This document shows, in pieces, positions 36,797 through 47,197 of a stretch of DNA of 64,000 nucleotides; the stretch's first letter is position 1; every line of letters begins with the position of its first letter. The notes beneath the pieces are model-generated. The model ran no database searches, had not been told where the DNA came from, and saw only the letters and a program-made list of their open reading frames with translations. The position numbers and the translations under genes are program-made. Source of the DNA: Chloroflexota bacterium (GTDB lineage: Bacteria > Chloroflexota > Anaerolineae > Anaerolineales > VGOW01); contig JACRBQ010000098.1 of NCBI GenBank assembly GCA_016213135.1, positions 6,221 through 70,220 of the forward strand. Direction: 5' to 3'.

Positions 36797-37890
36797 AAGT
36801 CGTCGTCAAGCTCGGCACGTCCACCCTCACCGCGGGCGCCGCGCGCCTCTCGCCGCCGCGCCTCGTCGAACTGGCGCGGCAAATGGCCGCCCTGCGGAGC
36901 GAAGGCCACGAACTCATCCTCGTCACCTCCGGGGCCATGGCCGCCGGCCGCGAGGCCCTCGACTTTCCGCAACTGCCCAAAGACCTCCCGGCCAAACAAA
37001 TGCTGGCCGCCGTCGGCCAGCCGCGCCTCATGGCCCTCTATCAGCAATTGTTCGCCCTCTACGGCCTCACCGTGTCGCAGTTGCTCCTCACCCGCGCCGA
37101 CCTCGCCGACCGCCGCCGCTACCTCAACTCGCGCAACACCCTCACCGCCCTCCTCGCTCACGGCGTGTTGCCCATAGTGAATGAAAACGACACGGTGGCC
37201 ACCGAAGAAATACGCGTGGGCGACAACGACAACCTCTCGGCGCTGGTGGCGAATCTGGTGGACGCCGATCTGCTCGTGCTTCTCACCGACCAGCCTGGGC
37301 TGTTCACCGCCGATCCCCGCCTCGACCCTGCCGCCCAATTGGTGACCGATGTGTCCACCCCGGACATCCCCGACTCCCTGTGGCGAGCCGCGGGGGGCAG
37401 CCCCACCGGACTCGGCACGGGAGGCATGGTCACCAAACTACAGGCCGCCGACCTCGCCCGCCGCTCCGGTGCGGCAGTGGTCATCGCCCGTGGCGGCGAC
37501 ACCAACATCCTCAGCCGCGTCGTTTCCGGCGAAGGCGTGGGCACGCGCTTTCATCCCGTCGCCACCGCCGTCGAAAGCCGCAAGCGATACATCCTCGCCG
37601 GGGGTCGCGCCGCCGGAGGCATCACCGTGGACTCGGGCGCGGCGCGGGCGCTGCGGCACGGCGGCAGCCTGTTGGCCGTGGGCGTCGCCGGGGTGGATGA
37701 TGCGTTTGATCGCGGCGACACCGTGCGCGTGGCCGAACCGGGCGGGCGCGAGATCGCGCGGGGCATCGTCAACTACCCTGCCGCCGACCTGCTCAAAATT
37801 CGCGGCCACCGCTCCGACGAAATCGAATCACTGCTGGGCTACAACTACGGCGACGAAGTGATTCACCGTAATGATCTGGTCTTGTTATAG
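36793..37890 (+). CDS. proB: glutamate 5-kinase with C-terminal PUA domain
   Basis: (TTG)[12 protein letters not shown]..., LVTSGAMAAG, NENDTVAT, C-terminal PUA-like ...GDTVRV... The 536-aa ORF-track form was trimmed to in-frame TTG 36793. Confidence 0.88.
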   Translation: MKVVVKLGTSTLTAGAARLSPPRLVELARQMAALRSEGHELILVTSGAMAAGREALDFPQLPKDLPAKQMLAAVGQPRLMALYQQLFALYGLTVSQLLLTRADLADRRRYLNSRNTLTALLAHGVLPIVNENDTVATEEIRVGDNDNLSALVANLVDADLLVLLTDQPGLFTADPRLDPAAQLVTDVSTPDIPDSLWRAAGGSPTGLGTGGMVTKLQAADLARRSGAAVVIARGGDTNILSRVVSGEGVGTRFHPVATAVESRKRYILAGGRAAGGITVDSGAARALRHGGSLLAVGVAGVDDAFDRGDTVRVAEPGGREIARGIVNYPAADLLKIRGHRSDEIESLLGYNYGDEVIHRNDLVLL

Positions 37891-37975
37891 TAACTGCTCT
37901 GGCACGGGCTTGGGGAACGCAGACACTTGCATCCCTTCGGGACACGCAAGTGCGGTGTGAACGCAGATATAATCC

Positions 37976-38044
37976 GATAAACGCTGATTTGATTAAGATC
38001 AAAAAGATCAGCGTTTATCTCATTTTTCAGCGTTTATCAGCGTG
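37976..38044. repeat. AT-rich inverted/direct repeat cluster between proB and proA
   Basis: GATAAACGCTGAT (37976-37988) against ATCAGCGTTTATC (38007-38019), perfect 13 bp. A further TCAGCGTTTATCAGCG copy lies at 38027-42. A perfect TATAAT lies at 37968-37973. Confidence 0.8.
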
Positions 38045-38076
38045 CTTCTCTCATCCCTGAGCAATTACGTGTCTTC

Positions 38077-39366
38077 ATGCTAAACGATATGATTGAGATT
38101 GGCAGGAATGCCCGCGCGGCCTCAAAGCAGCTTGCCCGCGCGTCTACCGAATCAAAAAACCGGGCGCTCCTCCGGCTGGCCGACCGACTCTGGGATTCCC
38201 GCGCCGACGTCCTTTCGGCGAACGCGCTCGACGTTTCCAGCGCGGCCTCAGCCGGACTCGACGCGGCGATGATTGACCGCCTCACCCTCGACGAGTCGCG
38301 GCTCAAAGGCATCGCGTCCGATCTGCGCCATGTGGCCGACCTGCCCGACCCCGTGGGTGAGGCCTTCGACGAAGCCACGCTGCCCGACGGCCTCGCCGTG
38401 CGCAAGCAGCGCGTGCCCCTCGGTGTGCTCGGCGTCATTTACGAATCGCGCCCCAACGTCACCGTCGAAGTGGCTGCCCTGGCGATCAAGACCGGCAATG
38501 CTGTCATCCTGCGCGGCGGGAGCGAAACGCTCACCAGCAACCGCGCCCTCGTCGCCCTCGTCCGCGATGCGCTCACTCACAACAACCTCCCTGCCGACGC
38601 CGTGCAGTTCATTGACGACCCCGACCGCGCCCGCGTGGCCGAACTGCTGGCTCTGCGCGATTACGTGGATATTATCATTCCGCGCGGCGGCGCGGCCCTG
38701 CACCAATACTGCCGTGAACACAGCCGCATCCCGGTCATCACCGGTGGCATCGGCATCTGCCATCTATTTGTGGATGACACGGCTGACCTCGACGCCGCCC
38801 TCGAGGTGATCCGGAACGCCAAAGTGCAACGGCCCACCGTGTGCAACGCCCTCGACACCGCCCTTGTTCATCGTGCGGTGGCAGCCCAATTCCTTCCCCG
38901 CCTCGTGGCCCGCCTCGCCGCCGACGGCGTCACCTTTCGCGCCGCCCCCGCCGCCCTCGCTGCCCTGGTACGGGCGGATGGCCGTGCGCCCCAACCCCAC
39001 ACCCCCACCGTCCTCCCCGCCGGCCCGTCGGACTTCGACACCGAATGGCTCTCGCTCGTTCTCGGCCTCAAAGTGGTGGACTCGCTGGACGAGGCCATGA
39101 GCCATATTGCCGCCCACAGCACGGGCCACTCCGACGGCATCCTCACCCGCACCGACGCCCACGCCCGCCGCTTCGTGGCCGAAGTAGACTCGGCGGCGGT
39201 GTACGTCAACGCCAGCACCCGCTTCACCGACGGCGGCCAGCTCGGCCTCGGCGCAGAAGTGGCCGTGAGCACCCAGCGGCTGCACGCGCGCGGCCCCATG
39301 GGTCTGCGTGAGTTAACGACGTACAAGTGGGTTATCATCGGCAACAACCACATTCGTCCATCCTAG
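38077..39366 (+). CDS. proA: gamma-glutamyl phosphate reductase
   Basis: ALDH-fold ProA: ...[10 protein letters not shown]..., ...CNALDT... (catalytic Cys), ...[16 protein letters not shown]... Confidence 0.93.
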   Translation: MLNDMIEIGRNARAASKQLARASTESKNRALLRLADRLWDSRADVLSANALDVSSAASAGLDAAMIDRLTLDESRLKGIASDLRHVADLPDPVGEAFDEATLPDGLAVRKQRVPLGVLGVIYESRPNVTVEVAALAIKTGNAVILRGGSETLTSNRALVALVRDALTHNNLPADAVQFIDDPDRARVAELLALRDYVDIIIPRGGAALHQYCREHSRIPVITGGIGICHLFVDDTADLDAALEVIRNAKVQRPTVCNALDTALVHRAVAAQFLPRLVARLAADGVTFRAAPAALAALVRADGRAPQPHTPTVLPAGPSDFDTEWLSLVLGLKVVDSLDEAMSHIAAHSTGHSDGILTRTDAHARRFVAEVDSAAVYVNASTRFTDGGQLGLGAEVAVSTQRLHARGPMGLRELTTYKWVIIGNNHIRPS

Positions 39367-39401
39367 GGGCGACGCATGCGCTGCCCCTACAGAAAACACA
39401 A

Positions 39402-39683
39402 ATGTCTTTCCTCTACACCCTCCAATCCATCATCCAGGATCGCAGAGCCAACCCCCGGCCCGGCTCGTACACCGCCGGCCTCTTCGCCGCCGGTGAAGAT
39501 GAAATCGTGAAGAAAGTCGGCGAAGAGGCCGTCGAAGTCATCCTGGCCGTCAAAGGGCAGGGCGACGAGCGCATCATCTCCGAAACCGCCGACCTGCTGT
39601 ATCACACCCTCGTCCTCCTCGCCCAGCGTGGCCTCACCCTTGAACAAGTGGAAGCGGAACTCGAACGTAGGCATGGGAAATGA
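39402..39683 (+). CDS. hisE: phosphoribosyl-ATP pyrophosphohydrolase (monofunctional)
   Basis: [28 protein letters not shown]...[13 protein letters not shown]. Confidence 0.9.
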   Translation: MSFLYTLQSIIQDRRANPRPGSYTAGLFAAGEDEIVKKVGEEAVEVILAVKGQGDERIISETADLLYHTLVLLAQRGLTLEQVEAELERRHGK

Positions 39684-39774
39684 AAAATGGCAAATGGCGA
39701 ATGAGAAATGAACATCGACGTTCTTAATACTCCAAACTCCAAACTCAAAACTCAAAACTCAAAACTCAAAACTC
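39675..39774. repeat. two-part tandem array: AAATGR units followed by CTCAAAA units
   Basis: GGGAAATGAAAAATGGCAAATGGCGAATGAGAAATGAA ... ACTCCAAACTCCAAACTCAAAACTCAAAACTCAAAACTCAAAACTC. The two halves are not complementary to each other. Confidence 0.85.
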
Positions 39775-39780
39775 GCCTTT

Positions 39781-40815
39781 ATGACTCACTTTTTGTTCGA
39801 CATGGACTCCGTCCTCCTCCATCCGGGCGGGTATCGCGCCGCGCTCATTGCCACCGTGGATCACTTCTCGCAGGTGTTGGGGTTTGGCGAGACGCGATTG
39901 ACGATCGACGAAATCGAATCGTTTGAAGCGGCAGGCATCACCAGCGAATGGGACTCGGCCCCCATCTGCGTGGCCGCGCTGGCCCTCGGCGGTGGCCGTC
40001 GCCCGGACTTTGCAGCCCTCACCCAACGCCTCAGCGCCGAACTCCGCCGCGCCGAATTCCCCGCCGAGGCCGCCCACCGCCTGTGGGCCGCGTACCTGCC
40101 CTCGGCCAACGGCCTCAACTTCCACGACATTCTGCTTCACTCCCGCGACATCGACCGTTCGCCGGTCATGGCCGTGTTTCAGCAATTCACCCTCGGCCCG
40201 GCGTTTGAAGCGGCCTACGGCCTGCCGCGCACTATCGTAAGTGAAGCCTATCTGCTGAAGTATGATCGCCCCGCGCTCGGCGTTCCCGTGCCTCCCCGCT
40301 CGGCCATTTATACCGCCCGGCCCTCCAACCCTCCGCGCGGCACGCCACCCCAAACTGGTTACGCCCCCGAAGCCGAACTCGGCGCGGAACTGGTCGGCCT
40401 CGGCCATTTGCCCATCATCGGCTATGGCTCGATGCAATGGCTGGCCGGGCAGGTGGGCGGGCACGGGGAGCACTTCCTCAAGCCCTCGCCGGTGCAGGGG
40501 CTGGCCGCCATCGGCGCGGCGGCGGGGCTGCCCGAGCCGGAGGCCCTGCTCGCCGCTCACGCGCTGGCGCACGGCAACGGCCCGCACCCGTTGCAGGCCC
40601 TGGGCGAGGGGAGGGTGATGGTGTTTGAGGATTCGGCAGGCAGCATCCGAGGAGTGCGCGAGGCCGTGGCCCTGTTAGGGGCAGGCTGGGAGTGCGTGGG
40701 CATCGGGATTGCCGGCGGCGGCCCCAAACTGGCGGCGTTGGCAAAAGTAGCCGATCGGGTTTATCCTTCCATCAACGACGCTTTGAAAAACGAAAACGGA
40801 GGCTCGAATGACTGA
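39781..40815 (+). CDS. HAD-superfamily hydrolase-like protein, unknown substrate
   Basis: Motif I FLFDMDSVLL (DxDxV) at the N-terminus and motif IV-like VMVFEDSAGSIRGV near the C-terminus. 344 aa, which implies a large cap region. Confidence 0.6.
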   Translation: MTHFLFDMDSVLLHPGGYRAALIATVDHFSQVLGFGETRLTIDEIESFEAAGITSEWDSAPICVAALALGGGRRPDFAALTQRLSAELRRAEFPAEAAHRLWAAYLPSANGLNFHDILLHSRDIDRSPVMAVFQQFTLGPAFEAAYGLPRTIVSEAYLLKYDRPALGVPVPPRSAIYTARPSNPPRGTPPQTGYAPEAELGAELVGLGHLPIIGYGSMQWLAGQVGGHGEHFLKPSPVQGLAAIGAAAGLPEPEALLAAHALAHGNGPHPLQALGEGRVMVFEDSAGSIRGVREAVALLGAGWECVGIGIAGGGPKLAALAKVADRVYPSINDALKNENGGSND

Positions 40816-42100
40816 GACGGTATTGGATCGATTCCTGCGCTACGTGAAAGTCCACACCACCAGCGACCGCGACTCGAAGGGCACGCCCAGCACCGAGCGG
40901 CAGTGGACGCTGCTGCGGATGCTGGCCGACGAACTGCGAGCGCTGGGCATCGCCGACGTGAAAACTACGCCGCACGGTTTTGTGCTGGCCACCCTCCCGG
41001 CCAACGTCGGCAAAAAGCTGCCCACGGTGGCCTTCTTCGCCCACGTGGATACGGTGCAGGATTTCAGCGGCGAGGACGTGAAGCCCATCGTGCATCGCAA
41101 GTGGAACGGCAAGCCTATCGTGCTGCCGGATGATCGCTCGCAAGTGATCGATCCCGCCAAATATGCCGACATGGCGCGGGCCGTTGGCAAAGACCTTGTC
41201 ACGGCCAGCGGCACTACCCTGCTGGGGGCCGACGACAAAAGCGGCGTGGCCGTGGTGATGACCTTTGCCGCTCATCTCCTGGCCCACCCGGAGATTCCTC
41301 ACGGCCCCATTCGCCTGTGCTTCAATCCCGACGAGGAAATCGGGCACGGGGTGGACAAGCTGGACCTCGCCGAACTGGGCGCAGACGTGGCCTACACGCT
41401 CGACGGTGAAAACCCCGGCGAAGTGAACTGGGAAACTTTTTCCGGCGACGGCGCAGTGTTGACCATTGACGGCGTGTCCACTCACCCCGGCGAGGGGCGC
41501 AAGTACAAAATGGTCAGTGCCCTCAAACTGGCGGCCCGCCTCATCGCCGCGCTGCCCGCCGAAAACAACAGCCCCGAAACCACCGACGGGCGGCAGGGCT
41601 ATATTCACCCCACCGACATCACCGGCAACGTGGCCCACGCCGACGTGCGCTTCATCCTGCGCGATCACGACAATGATCTGCTCAAGGCCAAAGGCGATCA
41701 GTTGCGCGGGCTGGTGAAGGGCATGCAGGCCGCCGAGCCGCGCGCGAAGTTCAAGCTCCGCGTCACGCCGCAATATCGCAATATGGGTTACTGGCTGCGC
41801 GACAACATGATGCCGGTGGATTTGGCCGACGAGGCCATGCGCGCCATCGGCCTTGAGCCGTTCCACCAGCCCACGCGCGGCGGCACCGACGGCTCGCGCC
41901 TCACCGAGCGCGGCCTGCCCACGCCCAACCTGTTCTGCGGCGCGCACAACTCGCACGGCCCGCACGAGTATGCCGGCGTGCAGGACATGGAACAATCGGT
42001 GCAGATGCTGATTGCATTGGCGAAGCTGTGGGCCGAAAAGGGCGCGGGTTACAAAAATAAGAAGAAAGATTCACAACGCCCGCCTCAGGTCGCTCACTAA
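40808..42100 (+). CDS. pepT: peptidase T (tripeptide aminopeptidase, M20B)
   Basis: LDRFLRYVKVHTTSD..., FFAHVDT, LLGADDKSGVA, NPDEEIG. The C-terminal tail overlaps the 3' end of trpA by 30 nt. Confidence 0.88.
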   Translation: MTETVLDRFLRYVKVHTTSDRDSKGTPSTERQWTLLRMLADELRALGIADVKTTPHGFVLATLPANVGKKLPTVAFFAHVDTVQDFSGEDVKPIVHRKWNGKPIVLPDDRSQVIDPAKYADMARAVGKDLVTASGTTLLGADDKSGVAVVMTFAAHLLAHPEIPHGPIRLCFNPDEEIGHGVDKLDLAELGADVAYTLDGENPGEVNWETFSGDGAVLTIDGVSTHPGEGRKYKMVSALKLAARLIAALPAENNSPETTDGRQGYIHPTDITGNVAHADVRFILRDHDNDLLKAKGDQLRGLVKGMQAAEPRAKFKLRVTPQYRNMGYWLRDNMMPVDLADEAMRAIGLEPFHQPTRGGTDGSRLTERGLPTPNLFCGAHNSHGPHEYAGVQDMEQSVQMLIALAKLWAEKGAGYKNKKKDSQRPPQVAH

Positions 42101-42838
42101 CTGGCGCACGGCCTCCACCGGTTGAGCGCCCCCTGCCGCTTTGATCACTGCCGAACCGACGATCACTCCGTCGGCGAAGCGCCCCACCTCGGCGGCCTGG
42201 GCCGGGGTGCCGATGCCAAAGCCCACCGCCACCGGGGTGGCGGCTTTTTGTTTGACCCGGCCCACAAACTCTTTCAGCCCCTCGGGCCACCCCTGCCGTT
42301 CGCCCGTGACCCCCGCCACTGAAACCAAATACAGGAACCCCGAGGCGCGCGCGGCCACGCTTTCGATCCGCTCCGGCGTAGAGGTGGGGGCCAGCATGTA
42401 AACGAGCGACAGGCCGCACTCGCGGCAGGCCGTCTCCAACTCGGCGGCTTCCTCCATTGGCAGGTCGGGCACAATCACCCCATCGGCCCCGGCGGTGGCG
42501 GCGTCACGGGTGAAACGGCTCACGCCGTAGGAAAAGATCGGGTTGAAGTATCCCATCAGCAACAAAGGCAAGACCACACCGCGCCGCCGCAGTTCAGTCG
42601 TCATCTGCAAACATTTGGCAACCGTGATCCCGTTCTCCAGCGCGATCTGCGTCGAGTGTTGGATCACCGGGCCGTCGGCCAGCGGGTCGCTGAATGGCAT
42701 GCCAAGTTCGATTAGGTCGGCCCCGGCCTCGGCGGCGGCTTGCACGCAGGCCAGTGAAGTTTCGGCGTCGGGGTAGCCGAAGGTGAGGTAGGGCATGAGG
42801 GCGGTGCGGCGGGCGAAGGCGGAGGCGATTCGGTGCAT
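42071..42838 (-). CDS. trpA: tryptophan synthase alpha chain
   Basis: MHRIASAFARRTALMPYLTFGYPD..., LELGMPFSDPLADGPVIQ, GFGIGTP. Confidence 0.93.
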   Translation of the reverse strand: MHRIASAFARRTALMPYLTFGYPDAETSLACVQAAAEAGADLIELGMPFSDPLADGPVIQHSTQIALENGITVAKCLQMTTELRRRGVVLPLLLMGYFNPIFSYGVSRFTRDAATAGADGVIVPDLPMEEAAELETACRECGLSLVYMLAPTSTPERIESVAARASGFLYLVSVAGVTGERQGWPEGLKEFVGRVKQKAATPVAVGFGIGTPAQAAEVGRFADGVIVGSAVIKAAGGAQPVEAVRQLVSDLRRAL

Positions 42839-42850
42839 GTTTGGGAATAC

Positions 42851-42890
42851 GGGTGTGTGGGAGTGCGGGAGAGTCCACTCCCACACACCC
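42851..42890. repeat. junction palindrome, GTGGGAG/CTCCCAC units, perfect 15-bp arms
   Basis: GGGTGTGTGGGAGTG (42851-42865) against CACTCCCACACACCC (42876-42890). Confidence 0.9.
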
Positions 42891-42902
42891 CTACCCCCAC
42901 AC

Positions 42903-44099
<1,197 letters not shown>

Positions 44100-44108
44100 G
44101 CGTTTGTG

Positions 44109-44738
44109 TCACTCGTGACGAGCGTGAGCTGCTTGAATAAATAACCTGACCTTCGCCGCGTCTTTCGTGCGAGGGGAATGTTCCACGCCGGAGGCCACGT
44201 CCACACCCCAGGGCATCACCTGCCGCACGGCCTCGGCTACGTTGACTGGTGTGAGGCCGCCTGCCAACAGCACCCGCCACTGCCGGGCCGCCTCGGTGGC
44301 CGCGCCCCAGTCGGCAGTGCGGCCCGTGCCGCCGTATTCGCCGGGGACGTGGGCATCGAGCAAAATGTCCGGGCGGTTGGGGGGTGAAGCGTGATTTGTG
44401 AAACGTGAGGCGTGAGTGAGGTGGCGCAATCCTTTGAATCCGCGCGCGCCCATTGCGGCCAGCACTGCCTCCGGCTCGTCGCCGCTCAACTGAGCAAAGT
44501 CCAGCCCGCACTCGTCGAGCACCGCAGCCATGAATGCCGCCGTTTCGTTGACGAACACGCCCACGAGAGCGGGGGGCCGGGGCAGGGCGCGCAGGGCGGC
44601 GGCGATCTCGCGGGCCGCTTCGGGTGACACGTATCGCTTGCCCTGCCGATAGAAGTTCAACCCGATCAGGTCGGCCCCGGCCTCGGCGCACATTAGCGCG
44701 TCGGCGACGGTGGTGACGCCGCAAATTTTGACTTTCAT
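44109..44738 (-). CDS. trpF: phosphoribosylanthranilate isomerase, with a repeat-derived internal segment
   Basis: MKVKICGVTT...ADLIGLNFY...; segment ...RHLTHASRFTNHASP... is encoded by GTGA-type heptamers at 44381-44426. Confidence 0.9.
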   Translation of the reverse strand: MKVKICGVTTVADALMCAEAGADLIGLNFYRQGKRYVSPEAAREIAAALRALPRPPALVGVFVNETAAFMAAVLDECGLDFAQLSGDEPEAVLAAMGARGFKGLRHLTHASRFTNHASPPNRPDILLDAHVPGEYGGTGRTADWGAATEAARQWRVLLAGGLTPVNVAEAVRQVMPWGVDVASGVEHSPRTKDAAKVRLFIQAAHARHE

Positions 44739-44812
44739 GGAATTCAGTAGCCAGTAGCCAGTAGCCAGAAGTATCAACTTCTGAATTCTGACTCCTGGCT
44801 TCTGACTCCTGC
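44739..44812. repeat. junction palindrome, GTAGCCA/CAGAAGT versus ACTTCTG units
   Basis: GAATTCAGTAGCCAGTAGCCAGTAGCCAGAAGT-ATCA-ACTTCTGAATTCTGACTCCTGGCTTCTGACTCCTGCC (imperfect). The right arm encodes the trpC C-terminus. Confidence 0.8.
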
Positions 44813-45574
44813 CAGTTCCCTCACCTTCGTCCCCACGTCGCCCGCGCGCACAAGGGCCTCGCCCACCAGCACCGCGTCCACGCCCAACCCGGCTGCGTCA
44901 GCGCGAGAGCCGATGCCGCTCTCGGCCACCACGGTGATGCCCGGTGGCAGCAGGGGGCGCAGCGTGCGCGTGGTGTCGAGGCTCACGCTAAAGTCGCGCA
45001 GGTCGCGGTTGTTGATGCCCACCAACGTTGCACCGCAGTTCAGCGCGCGCGCCAGTTCGTCGCGGCGGTGCACTTCCACCAGCGCGGCCAGGCCCAACTT
45101 CCCGGCACGCGCCTTCAACGACAGCAGTTCGTCATTGCTTAACCCGGTCACGATGAGCAGTACCGCGTCGGCCCCGGCGGCGCGAGCCTCGTAAAGCTGA
45201 TACTCGTCGCAGATGAATTCCTTTCGCAGCAGCGGCAAGCCAAGGTTCAACGCGGCGATCTGCCGCAGGTGTTCGAGCGAGCCGCCGAAGTATTTTTCGT
45301 CGGTGAGCACCGAGATGGCCGCCGCGCCGTTGGCGGCGTAAGTCTGCGCCAGCCGCACGGGGGCGAAGTCCGTCACCATCACGCCTTTGGAGGGCGAGCC
45401 TTTTTTTACTTCGGCGATCAGGGCCGGGCCGGGGGCGCGTTGGAGCGCAGCGGCGAAATCCAGCGGTGGGCGGGCCGTTTTGATCTGCCGTATCAGTTCG
45501 ATGACAGGCACGCGCTGCTTTTGCGCGGCCACCTCGACCCATTTGTGGGCGAAGATTTCGGAGAGGATAGTCAT
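44774..45574 (-). CDS. trpC: indole-3-glycerol phosphate synthase
   Basis: MTILSEIFAHKWVEV..., LIAEVKKGSPSKG, LVGINNRDL. Trimmed to Met60 of the ORF. Confidence 0.92.
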   Translation of the reverse strand: MTILSEIFAHKWVEVAAQKQRVPVIELIRQIKTARPPLDFAAALQRAPGPALIAEVKKGSPSKGVMVTDFAPVRLAQTYAANGAAAISVLTDEKYFGGSLEHLRQIAALNLGLPLLRKEFICDEYQLYEARAAGADAVLLIVTGLSNDELLSLKARAGKLGLAALVEVHRRDELARALNCGATLVGINNRDLRDFSVSLDTTRTLRPLLPPGITVVAESGIGSRADAAGLGVDAVLVGEALVRAGDVGTKVRELAGVRSQESEFRS

Positions 45575-45578
45575 TTCT

Positions 45579-46607
45579 TTAGCTCTTTCCCAGTTCACTC
45601 GACAACTTAACCAGCGCTTCCAGCTTTGCCAGCGCGGCCCCGCTGTCGAGCGAGCGGCGAGCCTCGGCCAACCCGCCGGCCAGATCGCCCGAGTCGGCGG
45701 CGATGGCTGCAGCGGCGTTGAGCAGAACCACGTCTTTAACGGCTCCGCCAAGCGTGCCGCCGAGCAGGTTGCGCATGATGCGGGCGTTGTCGTCCGGCGA
45801 GCCGCCCTTCAGTTCTACTGGGTCGGCGCGGCGCAGGCCGAGCGATTGCGCGTCCAGTTCAAACGTTTTCACCGCGCCATCTTTGAGGTGGCTCACGCGG
45901 TTGGGGCCGGTGGTGGTCAACTCGTCCAGCCCGCCGTGTCCGTGCACCACGTAAACCGCTCCGCCGCCCAACTCGCGGAACACGCCGGCAATGGTTTCCG
46001 TCAGCGCCGGGTCGTACACGCCGATGAGTTGCTGGCTTGCGCCCGCCGGGTTGGTGAGCGGCCCCAGCACGTTGAAGATGGTGCGCTGGCCCAGTTCCTT
46101 GCGCGGCCCCACGGCGTGCTTCATAGCGGGGTGGAATTTTGGCGCGAACAAAAACCCGATGCCCACATCGTCGATGCACCGGGCCACTTGCTCGGCGGTC
46201 AGTTCAAGGTTCACTCCGAGGGCGCTGAGCACGTCGGCGGAACCGCAGGCCGAAGAGGCGGCCCGGTTGCCGTGTTTGGCTACCGTGCGGCCGCTTCCGG
46301 CCACGACCAGCGCCGCCGCAGTGGACACGTTGAAGGTGCCCGCCCCGTCGCCGCCGGTACCGGCGGTGTCAAAGAGGGGAACGCCCGGGCTGCGGCGCGG
46401 CTGCACGGGTGTGGCATGTGTCCGCATGGCCCGGGCGCTGCCGGTGATTTCGTCTACCGTTTCGCCTTTCATCCGCAGGGCAACCAGATAGCCGCCAATC
46501 TGGGCCGGGGTGGCTGTGCCGCCCATGATGTCGGCCATGGCGCTTTCGGCTTCGCGCTGGGTGAGGTTCTCGCGCCGGAGTAGTTTTGGGAGGATGTTCT
46601 TGATCAT
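45579..46607 (-). CDS. trpD: anthranilate phosphoribosyltransferase
   Basis: DTAGTGGDG, KHGNRAASS, NPAG. Trimmed to Met114 of the 455-aa ORF. Confidence 0.93.
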   Translation of the reverse strand: MIKNILPKLLRRENLTQREAESAMADIMGGTATPAQIGGYLVALRMKGETVDEITGSARAMRTHATPVQPRRSPGVPLFDTAGTGGDGAGTFNVSTAAALVVAGSGRTVAKHGNRAASSACGSADVLSALGVNLELTAEQVARCIDDVGIGFLFAPKFHPAMKHAVGPRKELGQRTIFNVLGPLTNPAGASQQLIGVYDPALTETIAGVFRELGGGAVYVVHGHGGLDELTTTGPNRVSHLKDGAVKTFELDAQSLGLRRADPVELKGGSPDDNARIMRNLLGGTLGGAVKDVVLLNAAAAIAADSGDLAGGLAEARRSLDSGAALAKLEALVKLSSELGKS

Positions 46608-46609
46608 CG

Positions 46610-47182
46610 TTAGCCCGCCTTCATCGCTAGAAAGTTTTTCAGTATTGCTTTTCCGCCGTCGGTGAGAATGCTTTCGGGATGAAACTGCACGCCGAAGGTG
46701 GGGTGCCGCCGGTGGCGCAGGGCCATCACTTCGCCATCGTCGGTGAAGGCTTGCGTTTCGAGGCAATCGGGCAGCGGCTCTTCGACGATGAGCGAGTGGT
46801 AGCGCGTGGCGTTGAACGGCGAGGGCAGGCCGTGAAACAGGTCTTGCCCGTGGTGGTAGATGTGCGACGTTTTGCCGTGCATGAGGCGGGGCGCGCGGGC
46901 CACGCTGCCGCCGAATACGGCCCCGATGCACTGGTGGCCCAGGCACACGCCCAGCACGGGAATCTTTCCGGTGAAGCGGCGGATGGCCTCGTTGGAGATG
47001 CCACTGTCGCGTAAGGGGTCGCCGGGGCCGGGCGAGATGACAAGGTGGCTGGGTGACAGGGTGACAAGGTGATCAAGCGTGATTTGATCGTTTCGGAAAA
47101 CCTGAATCTCTGCGCCCAGTTCTCCGAAGTATTGAACAAGGTTGTAAGTGAAAGAGTCGTAGTTATCGATCAATATCAACAT
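46610..47182 (-). CDS. trpG: anthranilate synthase component II (glutamine amidotransferase)
   Basis: [18 protein letters not shown]..., GVCLGHQ (catalytic Cys), QFHPES. Confidence 0.93.
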   Translation of the reverse strand: MLILIDNYDSFTYNLVQYFGELGAEIQVFRNDQITLDHLVTLSPSHLVISPGPGDPLRDSGISNEAIRRFTGKIPVLGVCLGHQCIGAVFGGSVARAPRLMHGKTSHIYHHGQDLFHGLPSPFNATRYHSLIVEEPLPDCLETQAFTDDGEVMALRHRRHPTFGVQFHPESILTDGGKAILKNFLAMKAG

Positions 47183-47197
47183 CCCAACCCCCAATCT

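Noticed and set aside
39729-39774. Tandem CTCAAAA repeats and the other heptamer arrays as a possible CRISPR array.
   Set aside because: The units are 6-8 nt and directly abutting with no spacers, and no cas genes are present. That is far below CRISPR repeat size.
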